Below are positions 55,175-64,000 of a DNA stretch of 64,000 nt, one piece after another. This DNA is from Bradyrhizobium sp. (GTDB lineage Bacteria > Pseudomonadota > Alphaproteobacteria > Rhizobiales > Xanthobacteraceae): positions 4,705-68,704 of the forward strand of contig NZ_DAINNI010000020.1 of assembly GCF_036735945.1 (NCBI RefSeq), written 5' to 3'. The notes below the pieces were generated by a model. It saw nothing but the letters and a program-made list of their open reading frames with translations, ran no database searches and was not told the DNA's origin. The position numbers and the translations under genes are program-made. Within the stretch, counting starts at the first letter, position 1. The number at the start of each line of letters is the position of its first letter.

Positions 55175-57475
55175 ATGTCTTCCACCAATGCCACGCGACT
55201 GCGCCGCATCTCGCTTGCTTCCAGTTTCCTGGTGCCGATCGTGTCGCTCGGCGTTTCCGCCGCGCAGGCCCAGCAGGCGCAATCCGAGCCGTTGCCGCCG
55301 ATCGAGATCACCTCGCCCACCGACCCGAACCGGACCCGCGCAAAGCCAGTCTACGATGAAGCATCGACGTCGCGCCGCGTCGTGCCGGCGGCCGCGCCGT
55401 CGACCGGCACGCGGCCCGCAGCCGGGGCCGGCTCCGACGCCGCATCGCAAAGTGCGTCGCAGGGCGCGGGCGGCAGCGGCGGCCAGCAGTTCTCCGGCAT
55501 CGTCGGAACGTCGTCGACGGTGATCACCGCGGATACAATCGCGCATTCGCCGGCGCAGACCCTGCCGGAGATCATCGCGCAGGCGCCGGGCGTTCAGTTG
55601 CAGTCGTTCTATGGCGGCGTCAACGGCGCCAAGACGTCGGTCGATATCCGCGGCTTCGGCGCATTCGCCACCGCCAATACCCTGATCCTCATCAACGGCC
55701 GCCGGCTGAACGATATCGACATGGCCGGCGTCGATCTCTCGACCATTCCGCTCATCTCGATCGAGCGGATCGAAATCACCCGCGGCAACAGCGGCGCGGT
55801 ACTCTACGGCGATAACGCGGTCGGCGGCGTCGTCAACATCGTCCTGAAGAACGGCGTCGGCGGCCCGCCCCTTGCCGGGCGCGTCGAGGCCGGTGTCGGC
55901 TCCTTCAACCAGCGCCTGGGCAATCTATCCGTGGCGGGGAATTCGGGGCCGTGGTCGACATCATTCTACGGCAATGCCATCAAGTCCGACGGCTACCGCG
56001 AAAACAACGCGCTCGATCAGCGCAGCGGGGTCGGCAATCTCAACTACACCACACCCGACCTCAAGGCGTTCCTGACGGTGACCGGCGACGACCAGAAGCT
56101 GGGATTCCCCGGCGGGCGCCTGGTCGATCCCTCGATCGGCCTCAACGAACTCGTCACGAACCGCAGGGGAGCCGCCACGCCGTTCGATTACGGCAACCAG
56201 CAGGGCGCCAGCGCCACGGCCGGCTTCACCAAGACGCTGTGGAACGGCGCGGAACTCATCGTCGATGGTGGGGTGCGCAAGAAGGACACGCAAAGCGGCT
56301 TCTTCGGATCGGGAGTGTTTGCTTCGCCGCTTCCGAGCTTCTCCTCCACCTACAACGACGCATCCTTGCAGACCTGGTCGATCACGCCGCGACTGAGCGT
56401 CAAGAACGTGATGTTCGGGATGCCCTCGCAAATCCTGACCGGCATCGATTACTATGATGCGACATTCAACCAGGAACGCGGCGCGTTCCAGGGCCTTCCG
56501 CCGACCCACACCTATAATCTGTCGCAGCAGTCGGTCGCCGGCTACTGGCAGCAGACCCTCGGCCTGTGGCCGACGACTGATTTTTCCTATGGCGCCCGGG
56601 TTCAGAACACCAGCCTCGGTGCCCACGATCGGTACGACGGCAGCGCGCCGGGTTGCGCCCTGTACTTCAATTGCGGCGCCGAAGCCTCCCCATTGGACAG
56701 CAACGAAACCCAGTACGCCCTGCATGCCGGCCTGGAGCATCGCTTCAACAACGTGTTTTCGGTATTCGGCCGCGCCGCACGGGCGTTCCGCACTCCGACC
56801 GTCGACGAACGCGTCGCCTCCGGCCCGGCATTCGGACCGCCACCTTTCTTCACGCCGATCCCCGGCGATTTCGCGCTGAAGACCCAGACTTCGCACGACA
56901 TCGAGGGCGGCTTCCGCATCAAGAGCGGCGGCTTCCAGATGCAGACCAGCGTCTACGCCATGGACCTCGAGAACGAGATCCATTTCAATCCGGTGCTGTT
57001 CTACAACGTCAACCTCGATCCCACCCGCCGCTACGGTTCGGAGACCAGCGCCTCGCTGCGCGTCAGCGACACGCTGACACTGCGCAGCGGCGTGGCCTAC
57101 ACCCGCGCCGTGTTCCGCGAGGGGGCGTTCACCGGCAACGACGTGCCGCTGGTGTCGCGCTACACCGCGAGCGGCGGCGTGACCTGGAACATCTGGCAGA
57201 ACTATCTGGTGTTCGACGCCACTGTGCGCGCCTGGAGCGAGCGGTTCATGGACAACGACCAAGCCAACATCCAGCGCCGCATTCCGGCGGATGCCACGGT
57301 CGATCTGAAACTGAGCGGCGCCTACGACCGCTTCTTCTGGTCGGTCGGCGTGATCAATCTGTTCAACGCGCTCTACTACGACTATGCGATCGCCAGCACC
57401 TTCACGCCCGGCCGTTTCTCGGCCTATCCGCTGCCGGGCCGCACCTTCGTGGTGAAGGCCGGAGCTACGTTCTGA
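55175..57475 (+). CDS. btuB: TonB-dependent receptor, probable cobalamin transporter
   Basis: Plug 'IRGFG...LILINGRR...IERIEI.RG...LYG.NAVGGVVNI', beta-barrel, terminal Phe; riboswitch-controlled. Confidence 0.88.
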   Translation: MSSTNATRLRRISLASSFLVPIVSLGVSAAQAQQAQSEPLPPIEITSPTDPNRTRAKPVYDEASTSRRVVPAAAPSTGTRPAAGAGSDAASQSASQGAGGSGGQQFSGIVGTSSTVITADTIAHSPAQTLPEIIAQAPGVQLQSFYGGVNGAKTSVDIRGFGAFATANTLILINGRRLNDIDMAGVDLSTIPLISIERIEITRGNSGAVLYGDNAVGGVVNIVLKNGVGGPPLAGRVEAGVGSFNQRLGNLSVAGNSGPWSTSFYGNAIKSDGYRENNALDQRSGVGNLNYTTPDLKAFLTVTGDDQKLGFPGGRLVDPSIGLNELVTNRRGAATPFDYGNQQGASATAGFTKTLWNGAELIVDGGVRKKDTQSGFFGSGVFASPLPSFSSTYNDASLQTWSITPRLSVKNVMFGMPSQILTGIDYYDATFNQERGAFQGLPPTHTYNLSQQSVAGYWQQTLGLWPTTDFSYGARVQNTSLGAHDRYDGSAPGCALYFNCGAEASPLDSNETQYALHAGLEHRFNNVFSVFGRAARAFRTPTVDERVASGPAFGPPPFFTPIPGDFALKTQTSHDIEGGFRIKSGGFQMQTSVYAMDLENEIHFNPVLFYNVNLDPTRRYGSETSASLRVSDTLTLRSGVAYTRAVFREGAFTGNDVPLVSRYTASGGVTWNIWQNYLVFDATVRAWSERFMDNDQANIQRRIPADATVDLKLSGAYDRFFWSVGVINLFNALYYDYAIASTFTPGRFSAYPLPGRTFVVKAGATF

Positions 57476-57484
57476 TCGAAATCA

Positions 57485-57509
57485 CCGGTCCGGCCACCTG
57501 CCGGACCGG
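57485..57509 (+). terminator. Hairpin after btuB
   Basis: CCGGTCCGGC-CACCT-GCCGGACCGG, a 10-bp stem with only a weak U-tract (CTTGT). Confidence 0.45.
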
Positions 57510-57567
57510 CTTGTCCTGAGCCGACGAGACGGTATTCTCCTGTACATATTGCCGGGAGAGTTTTTTC

Positions 57568-58593
57568 ATGTCCATGCCGCGGGCGGCCATCAGTGCCGCC
57601 GCCACCGAACTTCTGCAGCGGGAAATATCCAATCCCGAGACGCAGTGGAGCCTCGGCACCTTCGGCGCCATCGGCGAGTTCTCACGCGATCCTGGCGAGC
57701 CGGTACGCCTCGTCTGCTCGACCGAGGCCTTGTCGGCCACGACGCCGCGCGGCGCCCTCGTCCTGAAGCCGCATGCCTCTGTCCGCGCCTTCGCGTCGGA
57801 AGGCCTGACCAAAACAGGATGGAATCAAAGGATCGCGCTTTGCCTGCCGAAACGGGATTGCGCCATGAACGGCCGCGTTGCGTTGACGGAGATCGGTCCC
57901 GATCGCGACGCGCCGCGGCAGGAGGATCGCGACTCCGTGCTGTTCGATCTTGGGTTCGGCGCGCTGCAGGCCGACTTCTGTATCCGGACCGGCGATCCGG
58001 ATCTCGCCAGGCAGTTGCGCGCACAAACCGGCCGCGACGTCTTCGAAGCCGGCAATCCCGCCATGGGCATCATCCTCGAGGCCAATCCGCATCGTGTCTT
58101 CATGGGCCAGCTTGGCCGCGTCGAGGTCTACCAGCCGATCCCGCCGCCGTCGGGCAAGAGCCCGGAGGGCCCGCACACACATGTGCTGCCGAGGCTCTTG
58201 AGAAGCCGCCGGACCCATCCCGCCACGGAGCCGGTGCCCCAAGACCTGATCCCCTGCGCGCATCTGTATCCTCCGCATCCGGCGCGCGACGGACTGGGCG
58301 AGGCAAGGCCGTTCGACGCCGCACATCATCACGCGTTTCAGGCGATGCTGGCCGCATGCGGCGATCCCGAAACCCTGGCGATCAAGCGCCGCGCGACCGA
58401 TGCGGTGCTTGCCGGCGAACCGCCTGCAACGATCGCCTCCAGCCGTCACGGCCGCATCAGCATCCGCATCGCCTTGCGGCAGTTGAAATCGCAGGGATAT
58501 GCATCGACGGCGCTGGAGGCCTGGCTTGCCGATTTCGATCCGGGCGGCCCGGACGAGCCCGATGATTCAACGGAACTGCACGGGCATGATTGA
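57568..58593 (+). CDS. Conserved-looking hypothetical protein
   Basis: 341-aa ORF with motif-like segments 'WSLGTFGAIGEF', 'LFDLG.G', 'PHRVF', 'SPEGPHTHVLP.LL', 'CAHLYPPHP'. Confidence 0.75.
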   Translation: MSMPRAAISAAATELLQREISNPETQWSLGTFGAIGEFSRDPGEPVRLVCSTEALSATTPRGALVLKPHASVRAFASEGLTKTGWNQRIALCLPKRDCAMNGRVALTEIGPDRDAPRQEDRDSVLFDLGFGALQADFCIRTGDPDLARQLRAQTGRDVFEAGNPAMGIILEANPHRVFMGQLGRVEVYQPIPPPSGKSPEGPHTHVLPRLLRSRRTHPATEPVPQDLIPCAHLYPPHPARDGLGEARPFDAAHHHAFQAMLAACGDPETLAIKRRATDAVLAGEPPATIASSRHGRISIRIALRQLKSQGYASTALEAWLADFDPGGPDEPDDSTELHGHD

Positions 58594-58779
58594 TTTGGAA
58601 AGAATGCGAGCTGTTTTCGATCAAAAATAACGCTTCACGCCATCAGGTCTCGTGATAAATGAAGCCGCAAAATCGCTCGACACGCGACACCGCAAGGAAT
58701 GTCGAAGACGGCGCCATCCCCGAGCAGGGCCGGCAGCTTCAGCGGTAAAAACAACAAAGCAAACAGAGACTGACTTGAA

Positions 58780-59055
58780 ATGACGAACGAAGACGAAGTT
58801 CGCTCCGCCAAGGCCGCAAGGGCCGCCGAGGAGGCCAAATCAGCGATGGCCGAGCGGGAAGCCGCCGCGAAAGCAACCCTCGACAACATGGCGAGGCTGA
58901 AGGCGTTGCGGCTCGCGCGCGAAGCAGCCGCGCCGCCGCGCGCACCGGCAGCGAAGAAGGCCCGCGCCGCCGGCAAGCCGAGGAAGTCTGCAGAGAAGAC
59001 CCCGGCGCTGTCGGACTGGCTGGCGAGCCAGCAGAACGGCGGACGTCGCATCTGA
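58780..59055 (+). CDS. Small Ala/Lys-rich helical hypothetical protein
   Basis: 'AMAE.EA...ATL.NMARLKALRLAREA' and C-terminal 'LSDWL..QQ.GGRR'. Confidence 0.7.
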   Translation: MTNEDEVRSAKAARAAEEAKSAMAEREAAAKATLDNMARLKALRLAREAAAPPRAPAAKKARAAGKPRKSAEKTPALSDWLASQQNGGRRI

Positions 59056-59084
59056 TCCTTTTCGGAGGCAGATGCGGCGGAACG

Positions 59085-59327
59085 TCACGCCGGCCCCGGC
59101 CAATCGATCATCGATCGCGTCTTGTTCTCGGCGTCGTAGACCTGCACCTGAAGCATCTGAAATTTGTTCTTCAGGGCCATGCCGGCCTCTTCGGCGGCCT
59201 CGACGGTCTCATAATGCGTCTTGAAATGACCATCGACCACCAGTGAATAGCCGGTGGTCGGCGCCTTGTCGGCGCGGATGGACTTGCGCGGCTGCGGCTC
59301 GTCCACCACAGGGCGGGGCTTCTTCAT
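59085..59327 (-). CDS. Small hypothetical protein (80 aa)
   Basis: MKKPRP...GYSLVVDGHFKTHY...AEEAG.ALK.KFQMLQVQVYDA; GGAG RBS before ATG 59327. Confidence 0.72.
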   Translation of the reverse strand: MKKPRPVVDEPQPRKSIRADKAPTTGYSLVVDGHFKTHYETVEAAEEAGMALKNKFQMLQVQVYDAENKTRSMIDWPGPA

Positions 59328-59494
59328 ACTGGCTCCGTATGTGAACGCCCTTCGGGCTGAACGCCGCAAAAAGGGCAGGAAGAATCTTTTGACCGGCGGT
59401 AGGATGCACCCAAGCGCGGCCAGATTGCGATCATGCCGATACAACGAGTCGGCGCGGCGCGCAAACGCCGATTGCTCATCCGAAAAGGCATCCC

Positions 59495-59650
59495 ATGGGC
59501 GGAACGGGCAGAAAGACTGAGCCTCCGAAACAGCCGGAGGATAAATCGAAGAAGCCGAAGCCGGCTCCGGTCGAGGACGATGATTACGAGGACGGCGACA
59601 TCGCCACGCCGAAGCGCGACCGCTCGGGAAATGACGATGAGCCGTTGTAG
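59495..59650 (+). CDS. Small acidic/Lys-Pro-rich hypothetical protein (51 aa)
   Basis: MGGTGRKTEPPKQPEDKSKKPKPAPVEDDDYEDGDIATPKRDRSGNDDEPL; AAAGG RBS, GC3-rich codons; below the ORF-track cutoff. Confidence 0.55.
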   Translation: MGGTGRKTEPPKQPEDKSKKPKPAPVEDDDYEDGDIATPKRDRSGNDDEPL

Positions 59651-59780
59651 CGGCAGGATGTACGACAGCCCTGCCCTGCGCCGGGGCAGCCATGCAGCGG
59701 CATTCATGGACAAATAACGGTCTGCCTATATTTTCAGCCCTCGCCCGGCCGGGCCGTTATTTACGGGAATTTGAGCTGAC

Positions 59781-60992
59781 ATGGTCGATATTCTGGCCGC
59801 ACCGCAACAAGCCAAGGCGGACACGGCGCTGCGCACGCTGGCGGGGATTTCGGTCGCCCATTGGGTCAGCCATTTCCATCTGTTCGTGCTGCCGATGCTG
59901 TTTCCGTTCCTGAAAGAACGGCTCGGTGTCGGCTATATCGAGCTCGGTTTTGCGCTCACCGTGTTCGGCATCGTCTCCGGCCTGACGCAGGCGCCGATCG
60001 GCTATCTCGCCGACCACATCGGCGCGCGGAAGGTGCTGCTGGTCGGGCTCACCGTCGGTGGCCTCGCGCTGATCCTGCTGGGGCTGAATCTCAGCTACGT
60101 CTCGCTGATCGCCTGCGCCGCGTTGCTCGGCCTTGCCAACAGCGTCTATCATCCGTGCGATTACGCGATCCTGTCGACGCATATGGATGAAGCGCGGATG
60201 GGCCGCGCGTTCTCGATCCATACCTTTGCCGGCTTTCTCGGCGGCGCGGTGGCGCCCGCGATCATGGCCACGCTGGTCGCGACAGCCGGCGGACCGGGCG
60301 CGCTGATCGTGGCCGGCGCGGTCGGGCCCGCCGTGGCGCTGCTGTTGATGGCCATGAGAATTCCGGACGCGAGTTCGGCCGATCGCAAGAGCGGCGACGC
60401 GGAGGCGCAGCAACAGGGCATCCTGACGCCGGCCATCATCATGCTGACGATCTTCTTCATGCTGCTCGGCCTGTCCAATGCCGGGATCAGCAATTTCGGC
60501 GTGGTGGCGCTGATGAGCGGCTATGGCGTGACGTTTCAGGCCGCCAATATCGCGCTGACCGCCTTTCTCGGCGCCGGCGCGGCCGGCGTGCTCGCCGGCG
60601 GCTATCTCGCCGACCGCACCAGGCGCCACGGCAATGTCGCCGCCGCCTGCTTCGGCATCAACGCCGTCATCATCACGATCATTGCGACGTTCAACCTGCC
60701 GGCGGTGGTGCTGACCGCCGCGATGGGGCTGGCGGGATTCCTCGGCGGCGTGATCGCGCCCTCGCGGGACATGCTGGTCCGCAGCGCCGCCCCTCCGGGC
60801 GCCGCGGGCCGCGCTTTCGGCATCGTCTCCACCGGCTTCAATTTCAGCGGCATTCTCAGCCCGTTGCTGTTCGGCTGGATCATGGACCAGCATCTGCCGC
60901 ATTGGGTATTCGGCGCCTCCGTCGCCTTCATGGTGCTGACGGTCCTGCTGGCGCTGGTGACGGACCGCAAGGCGGAACCCGCCAAGGCATAA
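59781..60992 (+). CDS. MFS transporter (FSR-like)
   Basis: 'H.VSHF', '[11 protein letters not shown]', 'GLANSVYHP', 'GRAFSIH'; about 12 TM segments. Confidence 0.9.
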   Translation: MVDILAAPQQAKADTALRTLAGISVAHWVSHFHLFVLPMLFPFLKERLGVGYIELGFALTVFGIVSGLTQAPIGYLADHIGARKVLLVGLTVGGLALILLGLNLSYVSLIACAALLGLANSVYHPCDYAILSTHMDEARMGRAFSIHTFAGFLGGAVAPAIMATLVATAGGPGALIVAGAVGPAVALLLMAMRIPDASSADRKSGDAEAQQQGILTPAIIMLTIFFMLLGLSNAGISNFGVVALMSGYGVTFQAANIALTAFLGAGAAGVLAGGYLADRTRRHGNVAAACFGINAVIITIIATFNLPAVVLTAAMGLAGFLGGVIAPSRDMLVRSAAPPGAAGRAFGIVSTGFNFSGILSPLLFGWIMDQHLPHWVFGASVAFMVLTVLLALVTDRKAEPAKA

Positions 60993-61079
60993 ACGGATTT
61001 CTGAGCCCCATCCCCGGCGGTTGACAGCCGCCGTTGGCGTTCGATCATGCGCCAACAAAACACAACCGGGATGGAAGCC

Positions 61080-62822
61080 ATGACCTCGACCCCCGACCTC
61101 GTAATCCGCGGCGGTACCATTGCCGATGGCAAGGGCGGTGACCTCTTCGAAGCAGACGTTGCCATCACCGGCGGCCGCATCAGCGAAGTCGGCAAGGTGG
61201 CCGGCAAAGGCAAGGAAGAGATCGACGCCAAGGGAAAACTGGTCGCGCCAGGCTTCGTCGACGTTCATACCCATTACGACGGCCAGGTCACCTGGAGCCA
61301 GGACATCACGCCGTCCTCGCAGAACGGCGTCACCACAGCGATCATGGGCAATTGCGGCGTCGGCTTCGCGCCGTGCCGTCCGGAGGACCATTTCCGGCTG
61401 ATCCAGTTGATGGAAGGCGTCGAGGACATCCCGGAGCCGGTGCTGAGTGCCGGCATTCCCTGGGCCTGGGAAAGCTTCCCGGATTACATGGACTGGCTGT
61501 CGAAGCGCAGCTTCGACATGGATATCGGTGCGCAACTGCCGCATGCGGCGCTGCGCGTCTATGTGATGGGCGAACGCGGCGCGCGACGCGATCCCGCAAC
61601 GGCTGAGGACAACAGGGCGATGGCAGCGCTCGCCGGAGATGCCGTGCGATCGGGCGCGCTGGGCTTCTCGACATCGCGCACCCTCAATCACCGCACCTCG
61701 ACCGGCGACTACACGCCGACCCTGAAGGCGGGCGAAGACGAATTGACCGCAATCGCCAGCGCGATGCACGGCGTCGGCCGCAGTGTCCTGCAATTCGTGC
61801 TCGACCAGAGCACCGTCCACGAAGACCTGCCGATGATGCTGCGGGTTGCGGAAAATACCCGGTGCCCGATCTCGTTTTCCGTCGCGCAGGCCGACAAGGC
61901 GCCGCGACGCTGGCGGCAGACGATGGACACCATCAACGAAGCCGCCGCCCGCGGCCTCTCGATCACGACCCAGATCGCCGCGCGTCCCGTCGGGCTGCTG
62001 CTCGGGCTGGAACTGTCGCGCAATCCGTTCCAGACCCATCCGAGCTATCGCGCGATCGCCGGGCTGCCGCTGGCCGAGCGGCTGACGCAGTTGCGCCGGC
62101 CGGAGGTGCGCGCGGCCATCCTGGCCGAGACCGCGACCGCAACCGACGACCCGCTGTTCTTCCGGCCGAACTACGACAAGATGTATCTGCTCGGTAATCC
62201 CCCGGACTACGAACAGCGGCCGGAAAACGCACTCGGCCCGCAGGCACGCCGCCAGGGCCGGCAGCCGGAAGAGCTCGCCTATGACGCCATGCTGACCGAT
62301 GAGGGCCGCGGCATGCTCTACGTGCCGTTCCTGAACTATGCCGACGGCAATCTCGATGCCGTACGCGAGATGCTTCGCGAACCCAGCGCCGTGCCCGGCC
62401 TCTCCGACGGCGGCGCGCATTGCGGCATCATCTGCGACGCCAGCTTCCCGACCTATCTCTTGACGCACTGGACCCGCGACCGCAGCCGCGGCGAGAAACT
62501 GTCGATCCCGTTCGTGGTGGCGGCGCAGTCGCGCAAGACCGCGCTCTCGGTCGGCCTCTACGATCGCGGCGTAATTGCTCCGGGCTTCAAGGCCGACGTC
62601 AACGTGATCGATTACGATCACCTGCATCTGCATCCGCCGAAGGTGCATTACGACCTGCCGGTCGGCGGCCGCCGCCTGATGCAGCAGGTCGACGGCTACG
62701 ATGCCACCATCGTCTCCGGCGTGGTGACGCAGCGCGACGGCAAGGCTACCGGCGCGCGCCCGGGCAGGCTGGTGCGCGGCGCGCAGGGCAGTAGGCCGCA
62801 ACTCGACGCGGCGGCGAGCTGA
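61080..62822 (+). CDS. N-acyl-D-amino-acid deacylase family amidohydrolase
   Basis: '[12 protein letters not shown]', '[11 protein letters not shown]', 'GVTT.IMGNCG', 'SDGGAH', 'DRG.IAPG.KAD', 'PGRL.RG'. Confidence 0.88.
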   Translation: MTSTPDLVIRGGTIADGKGGDLFEADVAITGGRISEVGKVAGKGKEEIDAKGKLVAPGFVDVHTHYDGQVTWSQDITPSSQNGVTTAIMGNCGVGFAPCRPEDHFRLIQLMEGVEDIPEPVLSAGIPWAWESFPDYMDWLSKRSFDMDIGAQLPHAALRVYVMGERGARRDPATAEDNRAMAALAGDAVRSGALGFSTSRTLNHRTSTGDYTPTLKAGEDELTAIASAMHGVGRSVLQFVLDQSTVHEDLPMMLRVAENTRCPISFSVAQADKAPRRWRQTMDTINEAAARGLSITTQIAARPVGLLLGLELSRNPFQTHPSYRAIAGLPLAERLTQLRRPEVRAAILAETATATDDPLFFRPNYDKMYLLGNPPDYEQRPENALGPQARRQGRQPEELAYDAMLTDEGRGMLYVPFLNYADGNLDAVREMLREPSAVPGLSDGGAHCGIICDASFPTYLLTHWTRDRSRGEKLSIPFVVAAQSRKTALSVGLYDRGVIAPGFKADVNVIDYDHLHLHPPKVHYDLPVGGRRLMQQVDGYDATIVSGVVTQRDGKATGARPGRLVRGAQGSRPQLDAAAS

Positions 62823-62849
62823 AGGCGGCCAAGCTTCAACGCAACAGGT

Positions 62850-62867
62850 GTCGTCCCTGCGAACGCA
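62850..62867. repeat. Truncated REP arm interrupted by the IS
   Basis: GTCGTCCCTGCGAACGCA is identical to 51935-51952 and stops exactly where the IS end begins. Confidence 0.8.
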
Positions 62868-64000
62868 CTAGGGTTTCTACACATTTCCGATGGCTCTTGC
62901 AGCGACGATGGTTTGGAAGCGAGCCATTCCGTTGTGGAAGGTGATTGGTCCGGGTGGTCGATGTGAGGCATATCCGGTCCATCCGCCAAGCTTGGCGATG
63001 ATCCACGCCGCCCACTCGAGAGTGTGGGGGTGATGGGGGGTTTTCTGCAGCTCGGTCCTGCCTTTCATGGTTTGGTTGATGGCGGCAAGTGCTTCGATTT
63101 CTTCCCGTGTGAAGGCGCATTCGACGGGCAATTGTTCGCCACCATTGCGGGCCTGGACGAGTTGAATGACAATGCATGCCACTTTGGTGGCGATCGCCAC
63201 GAGCTTGATCAAGGCTTCCGCGCTTTCGAGCTGACTGTCCTCGACACGCAGGCCCTGGTTCTTCAGCGAGCGGAAGAGCTGTTCGATGATCCAGCGCTGC
63301 TTGTACCAAGAGACGATCCGCCAGGCATCGGCTGCATTGGCCACCGAATGAGTGGTCAAGAGCAGCCAATGAATGCGCTCAGCCCCTTTCGGAGGGTGCA
63401 ACTCGACGACTTCAACGAAGCTAACTTCGACGCTCTCCGGCAGGCCCTTCACGCCGGGTCGCGCCGGCCGTTTGATAGCGACGGTTCCCAGCCGCAGCGA
63501 GAGACGGGCTCGGCGACCCTGGCGATCCATTCGCCGCGGCAAATCAATCACCGCCTTGTCGCAGAAGCGGGCTTGTTCCACGGCTTGGTAAAGCGTTCTG
63601 CCGTCGGTCAGCGCGTGATCATTCATGGCCCGCGTCAGCAGGTGGACGTTGTCGCCGGGCGTCAGCGCCCAGTGCGCAAAGAATTCTCCCTCACGGTCAT
63701 TGATGACGGTGATCATGCGCGCCGCAGCCAGAACCTCGCAGCCTTGCTCGGCCGTCGTCACCCAGCGCGCCGACTCCTTGTCGGCCAACTCCCGCTGGTC
63801 ATGAGGGGACTTGACCTTGCCCCTGCGTGTCCACACCTTGCCGCCGGCGAGGCCGAGGCAGGCCCCGCTGTCGGCATCGACCGCCATCATGGCGTGCAGC
63901 AACACACCGCGGGCATTGCCTTTGCCGACCTGGCCCAGTCCACGCTCACATCCCTGCCGGGTCCGAAACTTGACTTCGCTGGTATCCTGGATCGCCAGCG
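62868..64000 (-). mobile_element. IS4-family insertion sequence (IS50/Tn5-like), partial
   Basis: Terminal sequence CTAGGGTTTCTACACATTT resembles the Tn5 end CTGACTCTTATACACAAGT and contains the transposase stop. Composition appears less GC-biased than the flanks. Confidence 0.85.
62877..64000 (-). CDS. IS4-family DDE transposase (5' end outside window)
   Basis: 'LAIQDTSE' near the window end, 'NDREGE', YREK motif 'YKQRWIIEQLFRSLK', 'WLLLT', 'IAKLGGW...PPG'. Confidence 0.92.
   Translation of the reverse strand, partial: LAIQDTSEVKFRTRQGCERGLGQVGKGNARGVLLHAMMAVDADSGACLGLAGGKVWTRRGKVKSPHDQRELADKESARWVTTAEQGCEVLAAARMITVINDREGEFFAHWALTPGDNVHLLTRAMNDHALTDGRTLYQAVEQARFCDKAVIDLPRRMDRQGRRARLSLRLGTVAIKRPARPGVKGLPESVEVSFVEVVELHPPKGAERIHWLLLTTHSVANAADAWRIVSWYKQRWIIEQLFRSLKNQGLRVEDSQLESAEALIKLVAIATKVACIVIQLVQARNGGEQLPVECAFTREEIEALAAINQTMKGRTELQKTPHHPHTLEWAAWIIAKLGGWTGYASHRPPGPITFHNGMARFQTIVAARAIGNV

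Noticed and set aside
59433..59717. Arg-rich 94-aa ORF resembling a ribosomal or protamine-like protein
   Set aside because: Frame-shifted reading of the more plausible 59495-59650 ORF; no ribosomal protein motif.
59757..62801. 1014-aa minus-strand ORF
   Set aside because: Antisense shadow of the MFS and amidohydrolase genes. Arg/Ala/Gly-rich with no motifs; expected in high-GC DNA.
1..64000. CRISPR array, tRNA/rRNA, prophage or anti-phage defence genes
   Set aside because: No regularly spaced direct repeats, cloverleaf or rRNA signatures, and no phage, Cas, reverse transcriptase or nuclease motifs were recognised. The repeats present are isolated palindromes.

Overview
High-GC alphaproteobacterial chromosome segment. 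Gene content, codon style and intergenic REP-like palindromes are typical of Bradyrhizobium/Nitrobacteraceae (inference). In order: (1) an aromatic/hydroxycinnamate catabolism region (ABC binding proteins, tannase/feruloyl esterase, CYP199A P450, feruloyl-CoA synthetase, two MarR regulators); (2) a sigma54-driven nitrogen-scavenging locus (atzF convergent with a peptide-type ABC transporter-atzG-atzE-atzH-gntR operon), with no atzD or hpxW in the window; (3) a signalling module: orphan ugpB, divergent from an internally deleted TRAP dctP remnant, then HAMP kinase, REC-DUF3369 kinase, OmpR regulator, EcfQ-like ECF sigma with GAAAC boxes and a candidate CCUCC-rich sRNA; (4) cydAB plus an unannotated 43-aa membrane ORF, L,D-transpeptidase, acyl-CoA dehydrogenases and MFS transporters; (5) an ArsR-regulated soxCDXYZAKB cluster extended by two exported DsrE-like proteins and a persulfide dioxygenase-rhodanese fusion; (6) btuCDF, a cobalamin riboswitch and btuB; (7) small hypothetical proteins, an MFS, an amidohydrolase and an IS4-family element inserted into a REP palindrome at the right edge. 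No rRNA, tRNA or CRISPR array was seen. Family calls come from motif recognition and recall, not database searches. The signalling module at about 22.5-30.0 kb is my best candidate for an under-described system.
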